Shown here: positions 19,082-34,576 of the stretch, piece by piece
Layout: each line of letters opens with the position of its first letter
How positions within the stretch are numbered: the stretch's first letter is position 1
Source: an uncultured Actinomycetes bacterium
GTDB lineage: Bacteria > Actinomycetota > Thermoleophilia > Gaiellales > Gaiellaceae
Assembly (NCBI GenBank): GCA_963839425.1
Contig: CAWIUX010000005.1
Location: forward strand, 258,991 to 322,990
Length of the DNA stretch: 64,000 bases
Direction of reading: 5' to 3'
Position numbers and translations under genes: made by a program
Notes under the pieces: generated by a model
Seen by the model: only the letters and a program-made list of their open reading frames with translations
Databases searched by the model: none
Told to the model about the DNA's origin: nothing

Positions 19082-20085
19082 CTAGGCGCCGAGCGCGGTG
19101 TATACGAGCTCGTAGGCGCGCACCGCGTCCTTGCGGGACTGCGCCTCACGGAGCGCGGCGTCGTCGATCTTTGCGGCCACGCCGTCGATGAAGCGCCACT
19201 GCAAGACGCTCCGCCGCACGGCCTCGACAGCATCCTCGGTGTACGGGTAGAGGTCGAAGCCGAGCCGCTCGCCGTTGTCGCCGTAGCCGCAGCGGCGGAA
19301 CTCGACCGCGAGCTCGAGCGTCTCCATGAACGCGGTCGCGCCGACCATGTTGTCGTCGTCGAAGGTGCCCCAGCCCGAGTTCGCGTGCTGATGCCCGAGC
19401 AGCCCTTCCGCCGCAAGCAGCGCCGCGTACTCGGCGAGGTTCTCGCCGTTCATGATCAGGTGCTGCCAGTCCATGTTCACCTTCACGTTCGTCGAGCCCG
19501 CGGTCGCCGAGCTTGTGGATCACGTGGAGAGTCATCCCGATGTTCCGCATCATGATCTTCATCGCCGGCTCCGAGTTCTTGTGCTCGAGCCACAGCGGCT
19601 GGCCGTGCTCGGCCAGCTTCCCCGCGATCGCCGCCATGCCGTCGATGAACCAGGCCCAGGTGTCCTCGTACGGCGTCTGGAACGGATAGTTGTAGCCCTC
19701 GATCCCGGGCCAGACGATCATCGGCACGCCGATCTCGCCCGGCGAGCTCGGCGCCGGCGACCGCGATCCGGACCGCCTCCGCGCGAAGCTCGGGGTCGGG
19801 GTTGACAGCCCGCCGCGCCCGAAGCGGGGGTCGAGATGGAGCCCGCCGGCAAGGCAATAGATGTCGTGGTCGGGGCCGAGTGCCTCGCGGATCTCGTCCA
19901 GGTTCTCGCTCGTTCAGCTCGGCCGGATAGTGGAACTCGTACCCGTCGATCAGGTCGCCGAGCCCGTCGACGGCCCGCCTGACCCGCTCCACGGTCGTCT
20001 CGCCGGCGTGGTCCGGCTGGTACCCGCCCGGGACAAACCGGGTGACCATCGACCCGAACGCCCAGATGCCGAGACTGGTCTTCAT
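19082..20085 (-). pseudogene. Sugar isomerase/epimerase, xylose-isomerase-like TIM barrel (at least 4 frame switches)
   Basis: Start ATG 20085 has an AAGGAGA RBS. Pieces MKTSLGIWAFGS..., ENLDEIREALGPDHDIYCLAGGLHLDP, PMIVWPGIEGYNYPFQTPYED and VNMDWQHLIMNGENL lie in different frames. Confidence 0.75.
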
Positions 20086-20108
20086 GGTTTCTCTCCTTTT
20101 TCCGAGGT

Positions 20109-21112
20109 TCACCGAGCCTGAAGGGGCGAGCCGAACTCGGCGACGAAATCCAGCAGCTGCCGTTCCGCATGGCTCGTCGGAACCTGCGAGTGATCGGCGT
20201 ACGGCAGGACGACGATCTCCTTCGCGGCTGTGATCGCGTTGTAGGCGGCGAAGACGGTCGACGGCGGCGTGATCGTGTCGCGCAGCGCCGACCGAGACGA
20301 GCGTCCGCGCCTGGATGCGGGTCGCCAGCAGGGCGTTGTCGACGTAGCGCAGCGTCAGCCGGGCGCGCTCTTCGAGCTCAGGGTGCATGCGCCAGGTACG
20401 TGACGAGCTCCGTGTACGGCGGGTCGAACGCCACGTCCATGCCGCGCTCGATGTCGCAGAGGAACGGGACGTCGGCGTGGCAGAGCCGGACGAGCTCCGG
20501 GCAGAGCGCGGCGGCGGCGAGGGCGAGCGCGCCGCCCTGGCTCGCGCCGGCGACGCCGATGCGCGCCGGGATCGACGCCGGGGAGCTCGCCGCGGTCTCG
20601 ACCGCGCGGACGGCGTCGACGTAGAGGCGACGGTAGTAGTAGGTCTCCGGGCTCGCGATTCCGCGCGTCATGACGCCGGGATGCTCGGGCCCGGATGACC
20701 CTGCGCCCGGGTCGGCGGTGTCGCCGCGCGACCAGGTCCCGCCCTGCGCCCGCGTGTCCATGACGAACGTCGCGTAGCCGCATGCCGGATAGAGGGCGTG
20801 GGCCGCCGGAAGGTCGCGGCCGCCGCCGTAGCCGATGAACGTGACGCGGCAGGGAAGCTCCGCGTCGCCGGCCTCCGCCGGCCGGAGGTACCAGGCCTTC
20901 ACCGGGTCGCCGTCGGCGCCGCTGAACGTGACGTCGTAGGCCGCGAGGCGCCCGTAGACCGGCTCGCCGATAGGGCTCGACGTCGACCTCGGCGGCCGCG
21001 CTGCGCGCCGACGCGAGCGCGCGCTGCCCAGAACTCGTCGAGGCCCGGCGGCTCCGCCGCCGCGGTGCGGTACGAGCGCAGCTCGCGCGAGCGGCAGGTC
21101 GAAGAGCGGCAT
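20109..21112 (-). pseudogene. CE7 acetyl xylan esterase / cephalosporin-C deacetylase (frame-disrupted)
   Basis: MPLFDLPL start, GASQGGALALAAAAL nucleophile elbow and a C-terminal ...TPPSTVFAAYNAI...HSQ segment recovered in another frame. Confidence 0.75.
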
Positions 21113-21114
21113 GC

Positions 21115-22377
<1,263 letters not shown>

Positions 22378-22402
22378 CTGGATCCGTCGACTCTCGTTCG
22401 CC

Positions 22403-24814
22403 TCAGCCGACCGAGACCGATCCGTCGAAGGCCTTCTGCGGATGCGGTCCCGGACGGGTCCTCGACGACGGTCACCGAGCCCGCCTCGACGACGTCCGCG
22501 GAGGATCGGCCGACGAAGACCTCGATCGCGCCCGGCTCGACGACGTACGAGAGCCCGCGGTCGTAGAAGCCGAGCTGCGCGACCGGGACGTGGAACGTGA
22601 TCGCCTTCGACTCGCCCGGCGTCGAGCTCCACGCGCACGAAGCTCTTGAGCTCGAGCACGGGCCGGGTGACGCTCGCCTGCGGGTCGCGGACGTAGAGCT
22701 GCACGACCTCGTCGCCCGCGCCGGTCGCCCGTGTTGGTGACCGACGACGTCGACGACGATCTCGCCGTTCCAGCCGCACCGTCTGCTCCCGGACGCGCGC
22801 ACTCGGACAGCTCGAACGTCGTGTAGCTGAGCCCGTGACCGAACGGGTACAGCGGGCTCGCCGACAGGTCGACGTAGTCGCCCGTCCGGCTGGGACCGGC
22901 CGCCCGAGACCTTGTGCGCGTAGAAGACCGGGCACCTGGCCGACCGACGCGCGGGTACGAGATCGGGAGCTTGCCGCCGGGGTTGACGTCGCCGCTGAGG
23001 ACGTCGGCGATCGCGCCGGCGCCCTCCTCGCCCGGGAGCCAGGCCAGCGACCACGGCTGCGCAGTGCTCGTGCAGCCACGCGCTCGCCGACGGGCCGTCC
23101 CGGCGACGAGCACGAGCACGACGGGCGTGCCCGTCGCGATCACCGCGCGCACGAGCTCCTCCTGGACGCCCGGAAGGTCGAGCGAGGCGCGGTCGCGGAA
23201 CTCGCCGCTCGTGCAGTCGTCGGTGAGCCCGGCCTTGTCGCCCATCACCATGACCGCGACGTCGGACGGCCGCGGGCCAGCTCGACGCGCCTCGGCGAAG
23301 CCGCTCGCGCGAGCTCCTGTTCACGTCGCAGCCGCGGGCGAACGCGACGCTCGCGCCGAAGCGCTGCGCGCAGCGCGTCGAGGACCGAGGGCGCGTCGAG
23401 CCTCGGCCGGCTCGACCTCCGCCAGCGACTCGAACCGGCGATCGAGAGGGTGCTCCCGCCGCTCGTCGAGCACCTCGCGCAGCGACTCGACGTGGGCCGG
23501 GTAGCAGTAGTCGCCGAACAGGTTGCGGGCCGTGTCGGCGTTCGGGCCGATCACCGCGATCGACGCCGAGGTCGGAGGCGAGCGGGAGGACGCCGTCGTT
23601 CTTCAGGAGCACGATGCTCTTGCGGGCGATCGTCCGCGCGAGCTCGCGGTGGGCCGGCGTGCCGGCCGCGCCGGCGACGCCCGGCTCGACGTCGACGTAC
23701 GGCTCGTCGAACAGCCCGAGGTCGAACTTCGCGCGCAGCACGCGCCGCACCGCCTCGTCGAGCGTCTGCTCGCTCGACGAGGCCCGACGTCGAGCGCCTC
23801 GAGCAGCGGCTGCGCCGTAGCAGTCGGTGGCCGGCAGCTCGACGTCGAGCCCGGCGCTCGAGCGCCATCGCCGCGGCGTCTCTCGCCGTCCGCGGCGAGC
23901 CGGTGGTACGTCGGCGAGCTGCCGGATCGAGAAGTAGTCGGAGACGACGTAGCCGTCGAACCCCCACTCGTCGCGCAGGATCGCGGTGAGCAGCTCGCGG
24001 TCGGCCGCGCAGAGGACGCCGTCGATCTCGTTGTACGCGTTCATCACGGAGCCGAGCGCCGCCGATCGCGAACGGCTGCCTCGAACGGATGCAGGTAGAC
24101 CTCGCGCAGCTCGCGCGGCGGGATGCCGGCCGGCGCCCAGTTCATCCCGCCGTCCGACGCGCCGTAGCCGACGAAGTGCTTCGCCGTCGCGACCACGCCG
24201 TCGCGCAGCGACGTCGCCCTGGAGCCCGCGCACGAACGCGACGCCCATCCGCGCGACGAGGTACGGATCCTCGCCGAACGTCTCCTCGGTGCGGCCCCAG
24301 CGCGGATCGCGGCAGACGTCGAGCACGGGCGCGAGGCCCTGGTGCGCGCCGACGGCCCGCATCTGGACGCGGATCGCGTCGGCCAGCGCCGCGGCGAGGC
24401 TCGGGCTCCCACGTGCTCGCGAGGCCGATCGCCTGCGGGAAGACGGTCGCCTCCCGCGCCATCAGGCCGGAGCAGATCTCCTCGTGGACGATCGCCGGGA
24501 TGCCGAGGCGGGTCTCCTCGACGAGGTGCTGCTGGATCGCGTTGGCGAGCTCGCGCCGCGTCCTCGGCATCGCAGCGAGCTCGCCCCCGAGATCCGCGTG
24601 ACGTGACCCGAGGCCGTTGCGCGAGCAGCTCGGCCGCGTGCTCGGGCGAGAGCTCGCGCGCCCTCCGCGAGCTGGAACACCCAGGCGCTGCCGAGCTGGG
24701 CGACCTTCTCCTCGCAGCGTCATCCGGCCGAGGAGATCCTCGACGCGCTCGTCGCGCGGTCGCGACGGCGTCGCGGTACAGCGGCTCGACGCTGTCGATC
24801 CGCGTGACGGTCAT
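22403..24814 (-). pseudogene. GH3 beta-glucosidase/beta-xylosidase, heavily frame-disrupted
   Basis: GH3 segments [34 protein letters not shown] and [11 protein letters not shown], plus a C-terminal fibronectin-like part, lie in many frames. Confidence 0.75.
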
Positions 24815-25816
24815 GCGTCCGTCCTCGACCGCCCGGCACGAGCCGCGGACGACGAGCCTCGTGGGCAGCATCGTGTGCGTCGGCGCGACGGGCTCGCTCC
24901 TCGATCAGGCGGATCAGGAGCTCGGCGGCCTCGAAGCCCATCTGCTGGATCGGCTGCTCGATCGTCGTCAGCGGCGGCTCGCTGAGCGCCGACTCCGGGA
25001 CGTTGTCGAACCCGATCACCGACAGGTCGTCCGGCACCGCGAGCCCGAGCGAGCGGGCGACCGAGATCGTCGCGAGCGCCGAGACGTCGTTCGCGGCGAA
25101 GATCGCGCGTCGGGCGGTCGTCCGGCTCGAGCAGCTGCCGCGCGGCCTCCTCGGCCGAGTCCGACCTGGTAGCCGCCGACGCGGATCAGCGCCGGGTCGA
25201 TCGCGATGCCCGCCGTGCTCGAGCGCGTGCGCGATAGCCGCGCTCGCGCAGCCGCGCCGACTCGAGGTCGGGGCGCCCGGCGAGGAAGCCGATCCGGCGG
25301 TGCCCGAGCGCCGAGCAGGTACTCGGTCGCGGTGACCGCGCCGTTGAGGTTGTCGGAGTCGACGCTCGGGAGGCTCGAGGAGCCGGCGTTGTGGTCGACG
25401 GCGACGACGGGCGCCCCGAACGTGACGTCGACGCTGCTCGGGGTGACGAGGAGCGCGCCGTCGCAGAGCGTCCCGCTGACCCTCGAGAGGTAGCGGCGCT
25501 CCCAGCCGACCTGGTCGTCGGCGCGGCCGCAGCCGGAGAAGACGACGAGCTCGTAGCCGGTGCCGTGGATCGCCCGCGCGACGCCCTTGAGCAGCTCGGC
25601 GCTGAACGGCTCGATGTCGACGACGAGCACGCCGATCACGTTCGTGCGGCGGCTCCGCAGGCTCTGGGCGACGAGGCTCGAGTGGTAGCCGAGCTCCTCG
25701 ATCACCGCCCGCACCCGCGCCGACGTGTCCTCGGCCACGCCCCAGCGGTCGTTGATCACCTTCGAAACGGTCGCGACCGAGACGCCGGCCTCGGCGGCGA
25801 CGTCGCCGATCGTCAC
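24811..25816 (-). pseudogene. LacI family transcriptional regulator (frame-disrupted)
   Basis: Intact HTH TIGDVAAEAGVSVATVSKVIN. The periplasmic-binding-fold part IFAANDVSA...VIGFDN sits in a second frame. The 3' end abuts the GH3 start (ATGA). Confidence 0.75.
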
Positions 25817-25859
25817 TCTGCGCTCGCGTCACGGGCGAGATACTAACCCATATCGAAAA

Positions 25860-25873
25860 CGTTATCGATAACG
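25860..25873. promoter_or_regulatory. Candidate LacI-family operator (14-bp perfect palindrome) next to a TTGACT -35-like hexamer
   Basis: CGTTATCGATAACG lies in the divergent lacI/SBP intergenic region, an AT-rich patch. TTGACT is at 25875-25880. Confidence 0.5.
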
Positions 25874-25986
25874 GTTGACTGACCTTCGGCATCGTGTGCA
25901 AGACTCGCGCCGCGATGAGGCACACGGTCACCGTGGGCGCCGTCGACGGGGACCGCGCACGACCTGCGGAGGGAGGAGTTGACGTC

Positions 25987-27293
25987 ATGAAACGCTGGAA
26001 GCTACTCGCGCTCGCCGGGGTCGTCGGCGGTGGGCGCGGCGGTTCTCGTTGCGAGCTCGGCCGGCCTCGCGGCGCCGAGCGCAAGGCCAGCAGCAAGGCC
26101 GTGACGCTCGTCTGGTGGCACAACGCCAACCAGGGTGCCGGGAAGGCGCTCTGGGCACAGGTGGCGAAGGAGTTCCACGCCGCCCATCCGGACGTGACGA
26201 TCAAGGTCGTCCCGTTCCAGAACGAGCAGTTCACAGACGAAGATCCCGATCGCGCTCGCAGTCGAACAACCCGCCCGACGTCTTCCAGAACTGGGGCGGC
26301 GGCGGGCTCGTCGACCAGGTGAAGGCGAAGCAAGGTCGCCGACGTGACCAAGTACGTCAAGCCGTGGATCAAGAGCGATCGGCGGCTCGGCCGCCGGCTG
26401 GCAGGTCAACGGCAAGCAGTACGCGATCCCGTACAGCCTCGGCGTGGTCGGGTTCTGGTACAACAAGGAGCTCTTCGCGAAGGCCGGGATCACGTCGCCG
26501 CCGACGACCTGGCCGCAGTTCCTCGCCGACGATCAAGAAGCTGAAGGCGGCGGACATCACGCCGATCGCGATCGGCAGCAAGGACCGGTGGCCCGACGCC
26601 TTCTACTGGGACTACCTCGCGACGAAGCTGTGCAGCAAGACGACGATGCAGCAGTCGGCGGTCACGTACAACTTCAGCGACCCGTGCTGGATCAAGGCGG
26701 GCGAGTACACGCAGCAGCTGCTCGACGCGCAAGCCGTTCCAGGACGGCTTCCTCGCCACGCCGGCACAGCAGGGCGCGACGAGCTCGGCCGGCCTGGTCG
26801 CGAACGGCAAGGCCGCGATGGAGCTCCAGGGTCACTGGAACCCGGGCGTGATGCAGCCGCTCACGCCGGACAACAAGATCCCGAGCTTCCTCGGCTGGTT
26901 CCCGTTCCCGAACGTTCCCGGCAGCAAGGCCACTCCCGGGCTCGCTGCTCGGCGGCGGTGACGGCTTCGCGTGCTCGTGGAAGGCGCCGCAGCCGGCGTG
27001 CGCCCAGTTCCTCGCGTACATCGACAGCCCGAGCGTGCAGAAGCGCATCGGCTCGACCGAACTTCGGCCTGCCGGTGCGGAAGGGCTCCGAGAGCTCGGT
27101 GACGGACCCGAACCTGAAGACGGTCCTCGAAGTTCCGGTCGAGCTCGCCGTTCATCCAGCTCTACCTCGACATCGCGTACTCGACGGCGATCGGGCAGGC
27201 GCTCGACGACGCGATCGCCGACCAGTTCGCCGGCAAGGCGACGCCGCAGCAGGTCGTCGGCGCAAGATCGCGGCGGCGGCAAAGAAGAAGTAA
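25987..27293 (+). pseudogene. ABC sugar transporter substrate-binding lipoprotein (about 12 frame switches)
   Basis: RBS GGAGGGAGGAG then ATG 25987. Segments [62 protein letters not shown] and [11 protein letters not shown] rotate through all three frames. Confidence 0.75.
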
Positions 27294-27324
27294 CCAGCAG
27301 TACGGAGACGAGACGTAGCCACCA

Positions 27325-28274
27325 GTGCGGAAACGCTGACGGCCGGCCGCTCGAGAGCGCGGCCGGCCGTCCGCCGTCTGGGCCGGAAGTGGCTCCAGAT
27401 CGGCCTGTACATCGGGCCGGCGGTCGCGCTCTACGTCGTCTTCATCATCGTCCCGGTCGTCCAGGCCGTTCACTACAGCTTCTACTCCTGGAACGGGCTC
27501 GGGCCGCTGACCGACTTCATCGGGCTCCACAACTACCGCGAGGCGTTCGGCGACCCCGCCTTCCGCCAGGCGATGGAGCACAACGCGATCCTCGTCGCGC
27601 TCTCGCTCGGCCTCCAGCTCCCGCTCGCGCTCGGGGTCGCGCTGCTGCTCAACCGGCCGTTGCGCGGCCGCAGCGTCCTGCGCCTCGTCTTCTTCGCGCC
27701 GTACGTGCTCTCGGAGGCGATCACGGCGATCGTCTTCCTCCAGATCCTGCAGCCGGACGGGCTCGTCGACGCGGCGCTGCGGGCGGTCGGCCTCGGCGGG
27801 CTCGTCCAGCTCTGGCTCGCCGACCTCGGGCTCGTCTTCTACACGCTCTTCGTCGTGATCACCTGGAAGTACATCGGCTTCGCGATCATCCTCTTCCTCG
27901 CCGGGCCTGCAGGGGATCCCGCAGCGAGCTGCACGAGGCGGCGGCGATCGACGGCGCCAGCGAGCTGGACGACGCTGCGCTACATCACGCTGCCCGCTGC
28001 TCGGGCCGACGATCCGCATCTGGGCGTTCCTCGCGATCATCGGGTCGATCCAGCTCTTCGACCTCGTCTGGATCATGACCCTCGGAGGGCCGGCCGGCGC
28101 GTCCTCGACGATGGCGACCTACATGGTCGACCAGGGCGTCAACAGCTACCGGATCGGCTACGCGACGTCGGTCGCCGTGATCCTCTTCTTCATCTGCTTC
28201 GTCTTCTCGATCCTGTACCAGATCTTCGTCCTGCGCCGCGACATGGCCGGCGGGACGACGAGGATGGCCGGCTG

Positions 28275-28275
<1 letters not shown>
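27325..28275 (+). pseudogene. ABC sugar transporter permease 1 (MalF/UgpA-like), frame-disrupted; start uncertain
   Basis: WLQIGLYIGPAVALYVVFII...FRQAMEHNAIL...ITWKYIGFAIILFLAG, then EAAAIDGAS and a C-terminal MTLGGPAG...ILYQIFVLRR in other frames. Confidence 0.65.
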
Positions 28276-30727
<2,452 letters not shown>

Positions 30728-30878
30728 GAGTCCCCTGCTCTACCAACTGAGCTAACGGCCCGCGGGCGGCCGGAAGTGTAGCCCGTTCCCGGCTCCGGGG
30801 AGCCCGGTCCCTTGCTCCAGATTGCTCGTGCACCGTCGTGTAGGCTCGCACCCGGTGCGCAGGGGCTCGATTTTCCGC

Positions 30879-31853
30879 ATGGTGGCGATCGGCATCGTCG
30901 CCGGCGTCGTGGCCGCTCTCGTGGCGGTCCTCATTCCGTGGCTGCCCACGTCGGCTTCCGAGGAGATGGACCGGATCGAGTTCGTCTACTGGTTCGTGAC
31001 CGTGATCTCGATCGTGATCTTCGCGCTGGTCACGGCAGTGCTGCTCTACATGGTCGTGAAGTTCCGCGCCGTCCCGGGCGACGACGCGGACGGGCCGCCG
31101 ATCCACGGCCACACCGGCCTTGAGATCGTCTGGACGGCGGTCCCGGCGGTGCTCGTGACCGCGATCGCCATCGTCTCCGCGATCGCCCTCGCTCGGAACG
31201 GCGACGCCGGTACGAACCCCCTGCAGGTGCACGTCGTCGCGCAGCAGTTCGCGTGGAAGTTCGAGTACCCCGGCTCCGGCGTCACGAGCGGCCGGCTCGT
31301 CCTGCCGGTCGGCCGCTCGGCCCAACTCGAGCTCGACGCCCTGGACGTGATCCACTCCTTCTGGGTGCCCGAGTTCGGGCAGAAGTCGGACGCCGTGCCG
31401 GGGATCCAGACGCATCTCGTGATCACGCCGACGCGGCTCGGCACGTTCCCGGTCATCTGCACGGAGCTGTGCGGGCTCGGCCACGCGACGATGCGCTCCG
31501 AGGCGGAGGTGCTGAGCCAGGAGGACTTCGGCGCCTGGCTCGCCGGGCAGAAGGAAGGCGCGACTGCGGGCGGAGGCGCCGCCCTCTTCACGGCGCAGGG
31601 CTGCGGCGCCTGCCACGCCCTCGCGGCGGCCGGGACCGACGCCCAGGTAGGCCCGTCGCTCGACGACGTGGCGAAGGCCGCCGAGGCCGCCGGCCTGCCG
31701 GTCGAGGAGTACGTGCGGGAGTCGATCGTCGAGCCCGACAAGGTGATCGCGTCCGGCTACGCGAAGGGCGTCATGCCCTCGGCGTTCTCCGGGTTGCCGC
31801 AGGACCAGCTCGACGCCCTCGTCCAGTACGTCGTCGGCGGGAAGGGGAGCTAG
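30879..31853 (+). CDS. ctaC: Cytochrome c oxidase subunit II with a fused C-terminal cytochrome c domain (caa3-type)
   Basis: CuA motif CTELCGLGHATM, HSFWVPEFGQK and heme-c motif CGACH. The start could also be TTG 30822. Confidence 0.85.
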   Translation: MVAIGIVAGVVAALVAVLIPWLPTSASEEMDRIEFVYWFVTVISIVIFALVTAVLLYMVVKFRAVPGDDADGPPIHGHTGLEIVWTAVPAVLVTAIAIVSAIALARNGDAGTNPLQVHVVAQQFAWKFEYPGSGVTSGRLVLPVGRSAQLELDALDVIHSFWVPEFGQKSDAVPGIQTHLVITPTRLGTFPVICTELCGLGHATMRSEAEVLSQEDFGAWLAGQKEGATAGGGAALFTAQGCGACHALAAAGTDAQVGPSLDDVAKAAEAAGLPVEEYVRESIVEPDKVIASGYAKGVMPSAFSGLPQDQLDALVQYVVGGKGS

Positions 31854-31856
31854 AAC

Positions 31857-33743
31857 GTGAAGGGCTTGCGCCTCCTCACGGCCCCGGGCTTCCTCCGGGC
31901 CGCCTGGCTGACGCCGCTCTTCTTCGGGATCGGCCTCTGCATCGTCACGTTCTTCCGCTGGCTCGCCGGCTGGGATCCCGTCTACGACTGGACGGTCATC
32001 CTCGCCGTCGGCGCGCTCACCACCGCGCCGATCGGCTTCCTCACCGGCATCGGCGCCTTCGACTACTGGCTCTACTACATCAGCGGCCGCTCGAGCCGTC
32101 CCGAGGACCACTCGGGCCACGGCGCGCGGCGCTGGCAGGACTACTTCCGGGTCAACACGGACCACAAGGTGATCGGCGTCCAGTACCTCGTGACGACGTT
32201 CTTCTTCTTCATCGTCGGCGGCCTACTGGCGGAGCTCTTCCGCGCCGAGCTGGCGCGCCCGGGCCTCCAGTACGTCGACTCGCAGACCTACAACGGGCTC
32301 GTCTCCGCCCACGCCGTGCTGATGATCTTCCTCTTCATCATCCCGGCGTTCGCGGGTCTCGCCAACTACGTCGTGCCGCTGATGCTGGGAGCGCCGGACA
32401 TGGCCTTCCCGCGTCTGAACGCGCTCTCGTTCTGGCTGCTGCCGATCGCCGGCGTGATGTTCCTGGCGAGCTTCGTCACCCCCGGCGGCGCCTTTGCGAC
32501 GGGCTGGACGGGTTACCCGTCGCTTGCCTCCGGACAGCCGCTCGGCCAGACGTTCTTCAACCTGGGCGTCCAGTGGGCCGGAGCCTCGTCGATCATGACC
32601 GCGCTCAACTTCCTGGTCACGATCATTACCATGCGCGCGCCGGGGATGACCTTCTGGCGCATGCCTCTGCTCGTCTGGGCGAACTTCACGACCTCGCTGC
32701 TCGTCGTGATCGCGACGCCGTTCATCGCCGGCTCGCAGTTCTTCGTGCTGTTCGACCGGGTGCTGCACACGAACTTCTTCAACCCGTCCGAGGGCGGCTA
32801 CGTGCTCGGCTACCAGCACATCTTCTGGTTCTACAGCCACCCGGCCGTCTACATCATGATCCTGCCCGGCTTCGGGATCATCTCCGAGGTGATCTCGACG
32901 TTCTCGCGCAAGCCGGTGTTCGGCTACCGGCTGATGGCGCTCTCGCTGATGGGCATCCTCGTGCTCGGCTTCTCGGTGTGGGCGCACCACATGTTCGTCG
33001 CGGGCATGGCGCCCTGGCTGCGCGTGCCGATGATGGTCTCGACGCTGCTGATCGCCGTGCCGACCGGGGTCAAGGTCTTCTCCTGGTTAGCGACGATGTG
33101 GGAGGGGAAGCTCCGTTTCACGACCCCCATGTTGTGGGCGCTCGGCTTCCTCTCGATGTTCGTGCTCGGCGGGCTGTCGGGCATCTACCTCGGCTCCGTG
33201 CCGATCGACATCCACGCCTCCGACACGTACTTCATCGTCGCCCACATTCACTACGTGCTCTTCAGCGGCTCGGTGTTCACGATCTTCGCCGGGATCTACT
33301 TCTGGTTCCCGAAGATGACCGGCCGGATGTACAACGAGCGACTCGGCAAGCTGCACTTCTGGGTGACGTTCGTCAGCTTCAACATCACGTTCTTCCCGAT
33401 GCACGTACTCGGCCTGCAGGGGATGCCGCGGCGGGTGTTCGACTACGCCGACCGCTTCGCCGGCTGGAACATGGTGATCTCGATTGCGTCGTTCGCGCTC
33501 GGCGCGGCAACGATCGTCTTCCTCTACAACATGATCGTCAGTTGGGCGCGCGGCCCGGTCGCGGTCGGGAACCCGTGGCGGGCGATGACGCTCGAGTGGC
33601 TCGTCAGCTCGCCGCCGCCGATCTTCAACTTCGACGAGATCCCGCAGGTCGTCGGCGGGCCGTATGAGTACGGCGTGCCGGGCGCGCGGCACGCGGTCCT
33701 GACCGGTGGCGCCGCCGGCGCGCTGCAGGAGACCCGCGCGTGA
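31857..33743 (+). CDS. ctaD: Cytochrome c oxidase subunit I
   Basis: 628 aa. WFYSHPAVYIMILPGFGIISEV and HHMFVAGM motifs. Confidence 0.93.
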   Translation: MKGLRLLTAPGFLRAAWLTPLFFGIGLCIVTFFRWLAGWDPVYDWTVILAVGALTTAPIGFLTGIGAFDYWLYYISGRSSRPEDHSGHGARRWQDYFRVNTDHKVIGVQYLVTTFFFFIVGGLLAELFRAELARPGLQYVDSQTYNGLVSAHAVLMIFLFIIPAFAGLANYVVPLMLGAPDMAFPRLNALSFWLLPIAGVMFLASFVTPGGAFATGWTGYPSLASGQPLGQTFFNLGVQWAGASSIMTALNFLVTIITMRAPGMTFWRMPLLVWANFTTSLLVVIATPFIAGSQFFVLFDRVLHTNFFNPSEGGYVLGYQHIFWFYSHPAVYIMILPGFGIISEVISTFSRKPVFGYRLMALSLMGILVLGFSVWAHHMFVAGMAPWLRVPMMVSTLLIAVPTGVKVFSWLATMWEGKLRFTTPMLWALGFLSMFVLGGLSGIYLGSVPIDIHASDTYFIVAHIHYVLFSGSVFTIFAGIYFWFPKMTGRMYNERLGKLHFWVTFVSFNITFFPMHVLGLQGMPRRVFDYADRFAGWNMVISIASFALGAATIVFLYNMIVSWARGPVAVGNPWRAMTLEWLVSSPPPIFNFDEIPQVVGGPYEYGVPGARHAVLTGGAAGALQETRA

Positions 33744-34576
33744 GCGGCGAGACCCGCGTTCTCGTCGTCGCGAACGAGACCCTCGCGAGCGAGGCGCTCG
33801 CCGAGGCCGTGCGCCGGCGCGCGGAGGCGGGCCCGATCCGGGTCGCTGTCGTCGCGCCGGTCAATCCGCCGCGCCAGGGGTACGTGGTGTACGAGCACAC
33901 GCGCCGCGCCGCCGCCGACCGCCGTCTCGAGCGGGCGCTCGAGGCGCTCCGGGCGGCGGGGATTCCCGCGCACGGTGGCGTCGTGGACGCGGATCCGGTG
34001 GCGGCTGTCAAGGACGTGCTCGCGCAGGAGGCCTACGACGAGCTGATCGTCTCGACGCATCCCGAGGCGAAGTCGGGCTGGCTGCGACGAGACCTGATCG
34101 ACGAGATCCGCAGGGCGGCCGGCGCTCGCCCGGTGGAGCACGTGGTTGCGGGCGACGCCGTCGGAAGCGGGCCGGCGAACGTGCTCGTCGTCGCCAACGA
34201 GACCGTGCTCGGGGCGCCGCTGCTCGACGCGATTCGCGCTCGCGCCGCGGCTTCTCCGGCGGCCTTTCTCATCGTTTGCCCGCAGAGCGACCCCGCTCAG
34301 GAGCCGCACCCGGAGGCCGAGCGCCGGCTGCGCGAGGCGCTTGCCGAGCTCCGAGCGGACGGGATCGACGCCCACGGGCAGGTCGCCCACCCGGATCCGT
34401 ACGCGGCGGCGATGAACGTCGTCGGGGACGAGCGCGTGGACGAGATCATCGTCTCGACCTTCCCGGGCGAGCGCTCGGGCTGGCTGCGCCGCGACGTGGT
34501 CGGGCGGTTGCGGGACGACGCCGGCGCCCCCGTGCAGCACGTCGTCGGCGTCGTCGAAGCGGAGGTGCCCGCATGA
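33740..34576 (+). CDS. Tandem (2x) USP-like / adenine-nucleotide-alpha-hydrolase-like module protein of unknown function
   Basis: Two internal repeats (VLVVANETL...STHPEAKSGWLRRD...PVEHVV and VLVVANETV...STFPGERSGWLRRD...PVQHVV). The start overlaps the ctaD stop (GTGA) and the stop overlaps the ctaE start (ATGA). Confidence 0.6.
   Translation: MSGETRVLVVANETLASEALAEAVRRRAEAGPIRVAVVAPVNPPRQGYVVYEHTRRAAADRRLERALEALRAAGIPAHGGVVDADPVAAVKDVLAQEAYDELIVSTHPEAKSGWLRRDLIDEIRRAAGARPVEHVVAGDAVGSGPANVLVVANETVLGAPLLDAIRARAAASPAAFLIVCPQSDPAQEPHPEAERRLREALAELRADGIDAHGQVAHPDPYAAAMNVVGDERVDEIIVSTFPGERSGWLRRDVVGRLRDDAGAPVQHVVGVVEAEVPA

Noticed and set aside
24044-24871. 275-aa ORF spanning the lacI/GH3 junction.
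   Set aside because: It is a chimera of the LacI C-terminus (LPTRLVVRGSC), the GH3 N-terminus (MTVTRIDSVEPLY...) and out-of-frame GH3 segments. It is not a real protein.
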